DNA from: Minisyncoccota bacterium
GTDB lineage: Bacteria; Patescibacteriota; Minisyncoccia; Phycocordibacterales; DASZYS01
Direction of reading: 5' to 3'
Length of the DNA stretch: 30,771 bases
Assembly (NCBI GenBank): GCA_035545295.1
Contig: DASZYS010000016.1
Location: 1-30,771 of the forward strand
The translations under genes were made by a program, and so were the position numbers. The notes under the pieces were generated by a model, which was given only the letters and a program-made list of their open reading frames with translations, was not told the origin of the DNA and made no database searches. This document shows, in pieces, positions 23,152 through 30,588 of the stretch (positions are counted from its first letter, which is position 1; each line of letters begins with the position of its first letter).

Positions 23152-23742
23152 CTACCAGTCGATTGCGGAGACGATATCGCTATGGACCCTTTCGATCTCC
23201 TGCTCGCCGTTCACGTCGATGACGCTGTAGCGGCCGTTGTTGCGAAAATATTCGATGGCCGGCACGACGTTGGTATCGTACCATTCGACGCGGCGGCGGA
23301 TGTCGGCGTCGTTGTCATCGGCGCGGGCGCGGCCCTTCAGGCGCTCGGCGGCCCACTCGCGCGACACGTCGAGGACGATGATCGTCGGATACTCGCGGTT
23401 GTAGAAGCGCAGGGCCGAATCGAGGATCGGCGCCTCGTGCGGGCGGCGGGAGAGGCCGTCGAGCACCAAATGCTCCTCACCGGTGAAATGCTCGATGAGG
23501 TAGTTCGACCAGATCCAAATGGGCATGAATTCGGGCAGAAGCTTGCCGTTTTCCACGATATCGGCCGTGAGCTTGCTCGAATAGTTGTCGTGCGTCATGA
23601 AATCGCGAACCTTCTGGCCGGTCTCGATGTAGAGCGTCTTCTTTATCGGGTCGTGATCGCTGATGAACTTCAAAAGAAGCTCCGCCTGTGTACCCTTGCC
23701 GGAGCCTGATCTTCCGAACAAAATAATTGTCTGCGCTCGCAT
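23152..23742 (-). CDS. adk: Adenylate kinase (short form, apparently lacking the LID domain)
   Basis: IILFGRSGSGKGTQA, GKLLP, LVLDGLSR, RLKGRARADD. Located between the secY region and map. Confidence 0.9.
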   Translation of the reverse strand: MRAQTIILFGRSGSGKGTQAELLLKFISDHDPIKKTLYIETGQKVRDFMTHDNYSSKLTADIVENGKLLPEFMPIWIWSNYLIEHFTGEEHLVLDGLSRRPHEAPILDSALRFYNREYPTIIVLDVSREWAAERLKGRARADDNDADIRRRVEWYDTNVVPAIEYFRNNGRYSVIDVNGEQEIERVHSDIVSAIDW

Positions 23743-23945
23743 TACACCCCAAGCGTAGCATACGTAATGGCTAAATCAAATTTTTGAGAAGTGCGGCCGG
23801 CATGCTTAAATAATGAGAACTTGCTCATTTGGATGCAATTCAAGGCGCAAGCAAAATTTGCGACCAAGCTGTACAAAGCGGTACTGCGCGAAAGCAAATT
23901 TTGCGAGCAACGCAGAAGTGCGCCAAATGTGCAGTTCTCATAAAC

Positions 23946-24515
23946 ATGGGTAAAAAGACTATCATCACCATTGCCGGCGATCTCGGAAGCGGCAAATCGT
24001 CGAACGCCGACAAGGCTGCCTCCCTCCTCGGCTACTCGCGCTTCTCCTCCGGCGACTTCGCCCGCCTCGTCGCCAAACGGCACGGTATGAGTATTGAAGA
24101 GCTCAACGAGCACGCGGAAGAGCATCCGGAAATCGATCATGAGATCGACGACGAGGTGAAAGCGGCCGGAGAGCGCGAAAAGCTCGTCATCGATTCGCGC
24201 ACCGCTTTTCACTGGATTCCGGATTCGTTCAAGGTTTATCTCAAACTCGACCCGAAGCTCGCGGCCGCGCGCATCTACGAGCAGATGCTCCAGGGCCAGC
24301 GCGTGAGCCAGCACGCGGACAGTGTCGACCACATGTACGAGCAGACCATCCGACGCAAGGAAAGCGAGCGCAAGCGCTATCTCGCGCTCTATGGCTTCGA
24401 TTCCACAGACCCCTCGGGCTTCGACCTGGTAATCGACACCGCTACCGCCCCGCTCGAGAAAGTGTCGGAGAAAATTATCGAGGAATACAAGAAGTGGCTG
24501 GGAAGTAACGAGTAG
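23946..24515 (+). CDS. cmk: Cytidylate kinase, archaeal type
   Basis: IITIAGDLGSGKSS, FSSGDFAR, EIDHEID, LVIDSR.AF.W, R...E..RY..LYG.D, FDLVIDT. Start set at ATG 23946. Confidence 0.85.
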   Translation: MGKKTIITIAGDLGSGKSSNADKAASLLGYSRFSSGDFARLVAKRHGMSIEELNEHAEEHPEIDHEIDDEVKAAGEREKLVIDSRTAFHWIPDSFKVYLKLDPKLAAARIYEQMLQGQRVSQHADSVDHMYEQTIRRKESERKRYLALYGFDSTDPSGFDLVIDTATAPLEKVSEKIIEEYKKWLGSNE

Positions 24516-24543
24516 ATAGTAATCAGTAGTGAGTAGGTAGATA

Positions 24544-24576
24544 AAGAAAAACCGCCAATATTAGCGGTTTCTTTCT
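24544..24576. terminator. Bidirectional terminator between cmk and secY
   Basis: AAGAAAAACCGC-CAATATTA-GCGGTTTCTTTCT. Confidence 0.75.
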
Positions 24577-24606
24577 ACTCGCTACTAATCTACTCACTAC
24601 TTTGCT

Positions 24607-25878
24607 TTAGTACTCCCTGATGGAGACCTGAGCGTCGATCCGTTTAATCAAATCAACAATAACCTGAACGACGATGAGAAGCGCCGTGCCGCCGATCGCG
24701 AGGGAGGTGATGCCGGTAACCGCGCGCATGACGAGCGGAAGGACGGCGATGAGTCCGAGGAAGATTGCGCCGAAAATGGTGAGCTTCGTGAGCTTGTCGG
24801 CGAGATATTCCGAGGTCGACAGGCCGGGGCGGACGCCCGGAACGAACGCGCCGTTCTTCTGGAGATTGGTCGCAACCTGCTCGGGATCGAAGGTGATCGC
24901 CGTATAGAAGAAGGTGAAGATGAAGACGAGGACGAAGTAGATCGCCGCATAGAGCCAGCTGTTGTTGAGGATCGCGACGCCGTGCTGGGCAATCGAGGCA
25001 AGCAATGAATTGGTCGAAGCAGTGAGGAAATTGAAGATCATCTGCGGGAAAAGCAGGATCGAGAGCGCGAAGATGATCGGAATGACGCCCGCCTGGTTCA
25101 GACGGAGCGGAAGGTACGTCGAGACGCCGCCGTATACCTTGTTGCCGCGCACGCGCTTGGCGTAGGTCACGGGAATCGGGCGCTCCGCTTCGGTCACGAT
25201 GACGACGCCGAAGATGACGACCAGCGCCGCGACGAGGAATGCCGCGTAGAGCGGAAGCTGGGTCGCATCGAACGCGAACGCGAGCTGTCCGGTCGAAGCC
25301 GGGAGGCGGGCGAGAATGCCGGCGAAAATGAGAAGGGACACGCCGTTGCCGACGCCGAATTCGTTGATGAGCTCGCCGATCCACATGAGAAGGATCGAGC
25401 CCGCCGTCGCGACGAAGAGGTTCACGACGAGCTGGAAGTTCGTGAGGCCCGGGATGATGCCCTGGCGCTCAAGAAGAATGAGAAAGCCGTATGCCTGGAT
25501 GATCGCAAGCGGCACGGTGAGAAGCCTCGAGTATTGGGCGAACTTCCTGCGTCCCGCCTCGCCTTCCTCCTGGTAGAGCGCCTTGAGCTTCGGCGACATG
25601 ATTGTCAGAAGCTGCATGATGATGGACGACGTGATGAACGGACCCACGCCCATCATGACGATGGAGAGCGTGGAGAGGCCGCCGCCCGAAAAGATATTCA
25701 AAAGACCCAGGAATTGGTTGTTCTGGAGAAATGACTGGAGCATGAGCGAATTGACGCCCGGAATGGGAATGGCGGCCAAGAGCCTGAAAAGCGCGAAGCA
25801 GCCGAGCACGAAGAAAATGCGCTTGCGAAGGTCTTCATCGCCGAATACCAGTTTGAGTTTTTCGGTAAATTTGCTCAT
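24607..25878 (-). CDS. secY: Preprotein translocase subunit SecY
   Basis: FSGG.L...SI..MGVGPFITSSIIMQLL, GVGNGVSLLIFAGI, GVIPIIFA, GAFVPGVRPG, GGTALLIVV. Confidence 0.98.
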   Translation of the reverse strand: MSKFTEKLKLVFGDEDLRKRIFFVLGCFALFRLLAAIPIPGVNSLMLQSFLQNNQFLGLLNIFSGGGLSTLSIVMMGVGPFITSSIIMQLLTIMSPKLKALYQEEGEAGRRKFAQYSRLLTVPLAIIQAYGFLILLERQGIIPGLTNFQLVVNLFVATAGSILLMWIGELINEFGVGNGVSLLIFAGILARLPASTGQLAFAFDATQLPLYAAFLVAALVVIFGVVIVTEAERPIPVTYAKRVRGNKVYGGVSTYLPLRLNQAGVIPIIFALSILLFPQMIFNFLTASTNSLLASIAQHGVAILNNSWLYAAIYFVLVFIFTFFYTAITFDPEQVATNLQKNGAFVPGVRPGLSTSEYLADKLTKLTIFGAIFLGLIAVLPLVMRAVTGITSLAIGGTALLIVVQVIVDLIKRIDAQVSIREY

Positions 25879-25887
25879 GAATATAAT

Positions 25888-25986
25888 TTTTAATTTCCAA
25901 TTTTCAATGAATTTTCAAATTCCAATGTTTCAAGCGTTTGAAGATTGATTCATTGTACCTTGATTGAAAATTGTGAATTGCAAATT
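25888..25986. repeat. 99-bp AT-rich palindromic dispersed repeat, copy 2
   Basis: 88/99 identical to 12691-12789. Confidence 0.9.
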
Positions 25987-26121
25987 ATTTGATCGGCCAT
26001 CAGTTCTGCGCTCGCCGTCGCTCACGCAGCCTGTCGGCCCCGCCTCACTTCAGAACTTTACTAAGTTCTGAGCTCGGAAGATCTCGCTGTGTTCCGGCTC
26101 AAAATTACTCCTTATTATAAA

Positions 26122-26565
26122 CTAAGGAGTAATTTTACCGCCTGCTTTCTCGATCTTCTCCCGGGCACCCGCCGACACCTCGCATCCTGCGATAGTAAAC
26201 TTTTTAGTGAGCTCGCCCGCCGCGAGAATCTTCACCGGAGAAATCTTTCCCGAAATCTTGGGAACGACGCCTTTCGCCGCGAGGGTCGAAGGAGTGACCT
26301 TGTCGCCAGCTTTGAAGACGGCTTCCACGACGGAAAGATTCACCGCTGTGGGCTTCACTGCGACGCTCTTCAGGTAGTTGGTGCCGCGGCCGCGGAGCTT
26401 GGGGAGCTTCTTAATGAGGTCGCGGATTTCCGGACGGATCTTGTGGCCCGCACGGGCCTTCTGGCCCTTGGTGCCGCGGCCCGAAGTCTTGCCCCGGGTT
26501 CCGCCGCGTCCGACCTGGACCGCACGCTTCCTCTGGGTTTTCCTTTGTACGTTGTTGAACTGCAT
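26122..26565 (-). CDS. rplO: 50S ribosomal protein L15
   Basis: VGRGG..GKTSGRGTKGQKAR, VKILA.GEL, SAGAREKIEKAGG. Confidence 0.97.
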   Translation of the reverse strand: MQFNNVQRKTQRKRAVQVGRGGTRGKTSGRGTKGQKARAGHKIRPEIRDLIKKLPKLRGRGTNYLKSVAVKPTAVNLSVVEAVFKAGDKVTPSTLAAKGVVPKISGKISPVKILAAGELTKKFTIAGCEVSAGAREKIEKAGGKITP

Positions 26566-26571
26566 GATGAA

Positions 26572-27195
26572 TTATTGTTCGCTTGCCGCTGACGCTACTG
26601 CAACCTCCTTCACTTTCGCAAGCTTCGAGAGTGCCTTTACGGCGCTGCGGGCATTGTTGAGCTGGTTCTTCGTCCTTGAGAAAATCTTGGCGCTCACTTC
26701 CTTGATGCCTGCAAGCTCCAATACATTGCGCACGGAGCTTCCGGCGATGACTCCCTTGCCCGGAGCGGGCTTGATAAGAACGCGGGCGCTCGAGTATTTC
26801 GCCTCAACCTCGTGCGGGATGGAACCCGACTTCGTGAGGGAGACGCGGATCATGTTGCGCTTCGCGTCCCGCATCGCCTTCTCGATAGCAAGCGGCGTAT
26901 CGCCGGCCTTGCCGATGCCGACGCCGACCTGGCCCTTGCGGTTGCCGGCTACGAGAACGACGGAGAAGCTGAACCTGCGGCCTCCGGCGACGACGCGGGC
27001 GACGCGGCGGATCGAGACGATCTTGTGATCGAACTCGGGCTTCACGCGCGCTTCGCGGCGGGGTCCTTTGCGGGGATTCTTGCGGAAATCTCCCTTGCCT
27101 CCCGCCGGCCTGCCTCCCCTGCCTCGGGGAGCGCGGTTGTCCGCCGCCGGCGCCGTTCCCATATTCTGCTGTTCTTTATCGTTTGGCATATTCAT
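26572..27195 (-). CDS. rpsE: 30S ribosomal protein S5 with a basic N-terminal extension
   Basis: IRRVARVVAGGRRFSFS, GKGVIAG..VR.VLELAGI. Confidence 0.97.
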   Translation of the reverse strand: MNMPNDKEQQNMGTAPAADNRAPRGRGGRPAGGKGDFRKNPRKGPRREARVKPEFDHKIVSIRRVARVVAGGRRFSFSVVLVAGNRKGQVGVGIGKAGDTPLAIEKAMRDAKRNMIRVSLTKSGSIPHEVEAKYSSARVLIKPAPGKGVIAGSSVRNVLELAGIKEVSAKIFSRTKNQLNNARSAVKALSKLAKVKEVAVASAASEQ

Positions 27196-27548
27196 TAAAA
27201 CTTGAGTCCTCCCTCGCGGGCGCCTTCCGCGGCCGCCTTGATCGCTCCCGTGTAAATATAACCGCCGCGATCGAAGACGACCGCCTCGATCTTCTGAGCC
27301 TTCGCTTTCGATGCGAGATCCTTGCCTGCGGCGAGCGATCGCTCGACCAGGGTCTTGCCCTTGCCGCCGCGAGTAGTCGCCATCGCGAGCGTCGCGCCTT
27401 TCGTATCATCAATCAGCTGGAGGACGACCGCCGTGTTCGACTTGAATACCGAAATTCTCGGGCGTTCCGCCGTTCCTTTCACCTTCGCGCGAATGCGCTT
27501 CTGGCGCCTCGCCCGCTGTGCCATTTTTTTGTTCTTTAGGGTCTTCAT
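27195..27548 (-). CDS. rplR: 50S ribosomal protein L18
   Basis: RQKRIRAKVKGTAERPRISVFKSN, VVFDRGGYIYTG.IKA.AEGAREGGLKF. Confidence 0.97.
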   Translation of the reverse strand: MKTLKNKKMAQRARRQKRIRAKVKGTAERPRISVFKSNTAVVLQLIDDTKGATLAMATTRGGKGKTLVERSLAAGKDLASKAKAQKIEAVVFDRGGYIYTGAIKAAAEGAREGGLKF

Positions 27549-27569
27549 GGTTGTAAGTTTCAAGTCAGA

Positions 27570-28109
27570 TTAGGCGGCCTTCTTGCCCTGCTTGCGCCTG
27601 ATAACTTCGCCTTCATACGCGATGCCCTTGCCCTTGTACGGCTCCGGCTTCTTCAAGGCGCGGACCTCCGCCGCGAATTGGCCGAGGATGTCCTTGTCGA
27701 TCGACGTGAGCGTGAGCGTGTTCTTCTCCGTCTTCGCCGTTACTCCCGCCGGAATTTTCATCTTCACCGGATGGGAGAAGCCAAGCGAGAGGTTGAGTGA
27801 ATCGCCTTGCGCGTCCCATTTGAAGCCGACGCCTTCGACGACGAGTTTCTTCTCGTACGGCTTATTGACGCCGTCGACCATGTTCTGGATGTGCGAGGCG
27901 TACGTGCCCCAGAGCGCGTTCGTTTCGATGCTTTGCTTCTTCGGAGCGAGCGTGACTTCGCCCTCGCCGATAGTGATGGCGATGTCTCCCTTGAACTTCC
28001 TTGAAAGCTCGCCGTGCGGGCCCTTCACGCTGAACACGCCGTCCGATTCCGACCAGCGGGCCTCGGTGTTTTTGGGGAGAGCGATAGGTTTTTTGCCGAT
28101 TCGTGACAT
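27570..28109 (-). CDS. rplF: 50S ribosomal protein L6
   Basis: MSRIGKKPI, KGPHGEL, LGFSHP, PEPYKGKGI.Y. Confidence 0.98.
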   Translation of the reverse strand: MSRIGKKPIALPKNTEARWSESDGVFSVKGPHGELSRKFKGDIAITIGEGEVTLAPKKQSIETNALWGTYASHIQNMVDGVNKPYEKKLVVEGVGFKWDAQGDSLNLSLGFSHPVKMKIPAGVTAKTEKNTLTLTSIDKDILGQFAAEVRALKKPEPYKGKGIAYEGEVIRRKQGKKAA

Positions 28110-28115
28110 AGTGGT

Positions 28116-28508
28116 TTACCAGATCTTAAACAAGGCTTCGCCGCCGACGTTCTTCTCGCGAGCCTCCTTGTCGGATACGATGCCTGCAGGCGTGGTGAGG
28201 ACGAGAAGGCCGTAGCCGTTCTTGACTGGCCTCAAATCCTTGGCGCGAGCATAGACGCGCTTCGAGAATTTCGAAATGCGTTCGGCGCCGCGAACTTTCG
28301 GTTCGTCATCCTCATAGATGAGCTCGATCTCGATCGACTTTGCGATCTTCTTGCCTTTCTTCGAGACCGACTTCACGAAGCCTTCTCTCTGAAGGAGCTC
28401 CGCGATGGACATCTTCATCTTCGAATACGGAACGGTGACAAGCGGGTTGCCAGCCGCACCCGCATTCTTGATGCGGGTGATCATATCTGCTAAGGGGTCG
28501 GTTACCAT
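28116..28508 (-). CDS. rpsH: 30S ribosomal protein S8
   Basis: [40 protein letters not shown]. Confidence 0.98.
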   Translation of the reverse strand: MVTDPLADMITRIKNAGAAGNPLVTVPYSKMKMSIAELLQREGFVKSVSKKGKKIAKSIEIELIYEDDEPKVRGAERISKFSKRVYARAKDLRPVKNGYGLLVLTTPAGIVSDKEAREKNVGGEALFKIW

Positions 28509-28687
28509 GATGATTTCTTAACGCCTGGAATCTTGCCTTCGTTTGCCAGCTCCCTGAAGCAAATGCGGCAGAGATCGAAGTCGCGCATATATGCGCGCTT
28601 GCGACCGCACTTGAAGCAGCGGCGAACGACTCTCGAAGCGTACTTCGGGGTGCGCTGCGACCTGACGACGACTGATTTCTTTGCCAT
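28502..28687 (-). CDS. rpsN: 30S ribosomal protein S14, zinc-binding (C+) type
   Basis: 61 aa. RCFKCGR...[17 protein letters not shown]. Confidence 0.97.
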   Translation of the reverse strand: MAKKSVVVRSQRTPKYASRVVRRCFKCGRKRAYMRDFDLCRICFRELANEGKIPGVKKSSW

Positions 28688-28793
28688 TTAGTAATTAGGT
28701 GTGCTTTTGGAATGCGCCCGCGGTAAGCCGGTTCCCGAAGGAGCGGCTCGGACAGGCGCTTAAATTAAAAAAGCTTCCAAAAAGCTCGGGCTT

Positions 28794-28822
28794 ATACTAG
28801 CAAAGCCTCCGCAGGCTGTCAA
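28794..28822 (-). promoter_or_regulatory. Internal sigma70 promoter upstream of rpsN
   Basis: Minus strand TTGACA (28822-28817), 17 nt, TAGTAT (28799-28794). Confidence 0.8.
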
Positions 28823-28913
28823 ACAGGAAGAAGCTTATAGTTTATAGCTGTTAGTTTTTAGCTGGAAACCAGTATGTGAGAGTCAGACTCTCACAGGAAA
28901 TCTCCTTCCATCC

Positions 28914-28976
28914 GTCATGCCCAGCAGAGCATCCAAGCTTCAATAATAATTCTCTGGATTCCCTGCTGGGAATGAC
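28914..28976. repeat. REP-like inverted-repeat element GTCATGCCCAGCAG...CTGCTGGGAATGAC
   Basis: 14-bp terminal inverted repeat with one mismatch. A related copy lies at 16303. Confidence 0.85.
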
Positions 28977-28985
28977 ACCAATAAG

Positions 28986-29011
28986 AAAAAACCGCTCAAT
29001 AGCGGTTTTTT
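28986..29011 (-). terminator. Intrinsic terminator after rplE
   Basis: AAAAAACCGCT-CAAT-AGCGGTTTTTT. Confidence 0.8.
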
Positions 29012-29035
29012 GGCCTACTTTCTACTGTCTACCTA

Positions 29036-29578
29036 CTACTTACTATCTTTTTTAAACGGGAATCCGAGATATTCGAGGAAGGCTTTCGCCTCGTCCTTCG
29101 AGGTGGCGCTCGTTACAACGGTAACGCTCAGACCGAAAAGATCGCGAATGTCTTCATCGGCAGTCTCTGGGAAAATGGTGTGCTCGCGGATGCCGAGAGT
29201 GTAGTTGCCCATTTCGTCGATGCTCGTCGAGGGAATGCCGCGAAAGTCCTTTGTGCGAGGAAGGGCGACATTCAAGAGCCTGTCGAGGAAATCGTACATG
29301 CGCGCTCCCCGGAGCGTGATCTGGTAGCCCACAGGGTCTCCCTGGCGGACCTTGAATGCGGCGATCGACTGCTTGGCTCCGCGCTGTGAAGGCTCCTGGC
29401 CGGTGATCTTGCGGAGGCGGTCGACGACGGTCTGGTTCTTCGTCTTGTCCTTGAAGGAGCCGGTGCCTGCCGATACCACGACTTTCACGAGGCGGGGCGC
29501 CTGCATCTTATTCGTATAGCCCTGGCTTTCCTTGAGAGATTCGAATGCCTTGGCTGTTTTTTGTTTGGTCATTTCCAT
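29036..29578 (-). CDS. rplE: 50S ribosomal protein L5
   Basis: PRLVKVVVSAG, AKQSIAAFKVRQG..GYQITLRG..MYDFLDRL, PRTKDFRG, GNYTLGIREH.IFPE. Confidence 0.98.
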   Translation of the reverse strand: MEMTKQKTAKAFESLKESQGYTNKMQAPRLVKVVVSAGTGSFKDKTKNQTVVDRLRKITGQEPSQRGAKQSIAAFKVRQGDPVGYQITLRGARMYDFLDRLLNVALPRTKDFRGIPSTSIDEMGNYTLGIREHTIFPETADEDIRDLFGLSVTVVTSATSKDEAKAFLEYLGFPFKKDSK

Positions 29579-29587
29579 GGTAGTGCT

Positions 29588-29857
29588 TTATTTCGCCTTG
29601 GCCGAGCCGCGCGCCTTGTTGAGCCGAGTCGGTTTGTTATTGACGAGAAGCATCACGTTCGAGACGCTTATCGGGGCCTCCTTCTCGACGATCTTTCCCT
29701 TCTGATCCTGACGGCGGGTCTTCTCGTGCCTCTTGCGCATATTGACGCCGGCGACGATTACGCGGTTCTCGCGCGGAAAGGCCGTCACGACGGTGCCCGT
29801 CTTGCCTTTGTCCTTTCCGGAGATCACTATGACGTTGTCATTCTTGCGGATTTTCAT
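29588..29857 (-). CDS. rplX: 50S ribosomal protein L24
   Basis: KIRKNDNVIVISGKDKGKTG.V, EAPI.VSNV. Confidence 0.97.
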   Translation of the reverse strand: MKIRKNDNVIVISGKDKGKTGTVVTAFPRENRVIVAGVNMRKRHEKTRRQDQKGKIVEKEAPISVSNVMLLVNNKPTRLNKARGSAKAK

Positions 29858-29870
29858 ATCATTTCAAAAA

Positions 29871-30242
29871 CTAGACCACCTCGGGAGCGAGGGAGATGAT
29901 TTTCTGGTAGCCGACCTCGCCGATCTCGCGCGGAATGGGGCCGAATACGCGTCCGGCGATCGGAACCTGCTTCTCCTTGTCGACAAGCACGACTGCGTTC
30001 TCATCGAAGCGGACATACGAGCCGTCCTTGCGCCTCGTCGCGTTCTTCGAGCGGACGACGATGCCGTAGACCACAGCCTTCTTCTTGATCTGCTTGCGGG
30101 GCTGGGCCTTCTGAATGGAGAGGACCACGATGTCGCCGAGGCGGGCGTAGCGCTTCTTCGAACTGCCGAGCACTTTGAAGATGCGGCCGACAGTTCCGCC
30201 TGAGTTATCAGCTATTTTTACTATTGAACGGGGCTGAATCAT
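29871..30242 (-). CDS. rplN: 50S ribosomal protein L14
   Basis: ADNSG, RRKDGSYVRFDENAVV, RVFGPIPRE, KIISLAPEVV. Confidence 0.98.
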   Translation of the reverse strand: MIQPRSIVKIADNSGGTVGRIFKVLGSSKKRYARLGDIVVLSIQKAQPRKQIKKKAVVYGIVVRSKNATRRKDGSYVRFDENAVVLVDKEKQVPIAGRVFGPIPREIGEVGYQKIISLAPEVV

Positions 30243-30328
30243 GATTTTGAGTAATGAGTAGCGAGTAGAGAGTAATGAGAGATTGAATATTTTCTTTTGT
30301 TGTTGATTTTCTATCTACTGGCTACTAT

Positions 30329-30586
30329 CTACTCTGTTACTATCTTAAAGCGCTTTTCCTTGGAGATCGGCGCCGTCTCTTCGATGGTCACCTTCTCGCC
30401 CACCTTGCGGGTATTGCCGGCGTCATGAGCCTTGAAGCGCTTCGCGCGCTTCAAGAATTTGCCGTACTTCGGGTGCTTCACGTACCTCTCGACAAGCACG
30501 ACCACGGTGTCCTTCATTTTGTCGGACACGACGACGCCTTCGAGGCGCTTCTTGCGGCTATTCTGCTGTTCTGCGTCTTTTTTCAT
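30329..30586 (-). CDS. rpsQ: 30S ribosomal protein S17
   Basis: LEGVVVSDKMKDTVVV, HPKYGK, ETAPISKEKRF. Confidence 0.98.
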   Translation of the reverse strand: MKKDAEQQNSRKKRLEGVVVSDKMKDTVVVLVERYVKHPKYGKFLKRAKRFKAHDAGNTRKVGEKVTIEETAPISKEKRFKIVTE

Positions 30587-30588
30587 AA

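Noticed and set aside
26566-26571. Missing rpmD (uL30) as a novelty
   Set aside because: Loss of uL30 is an established CPR-wide trait. It is used here only as taxonomic support.
28726-28748. SRP-RNA helix-8 look-alike on the plus strand (GCCGGTTCCCGAAGGAGCGGC)
   Set aside because: It lacks the conserved CAGG/AGCAG internal loop and GNRA loop. The opposite strand gives a cUUCGg hairpin in the rpsN leader, which explains it better.
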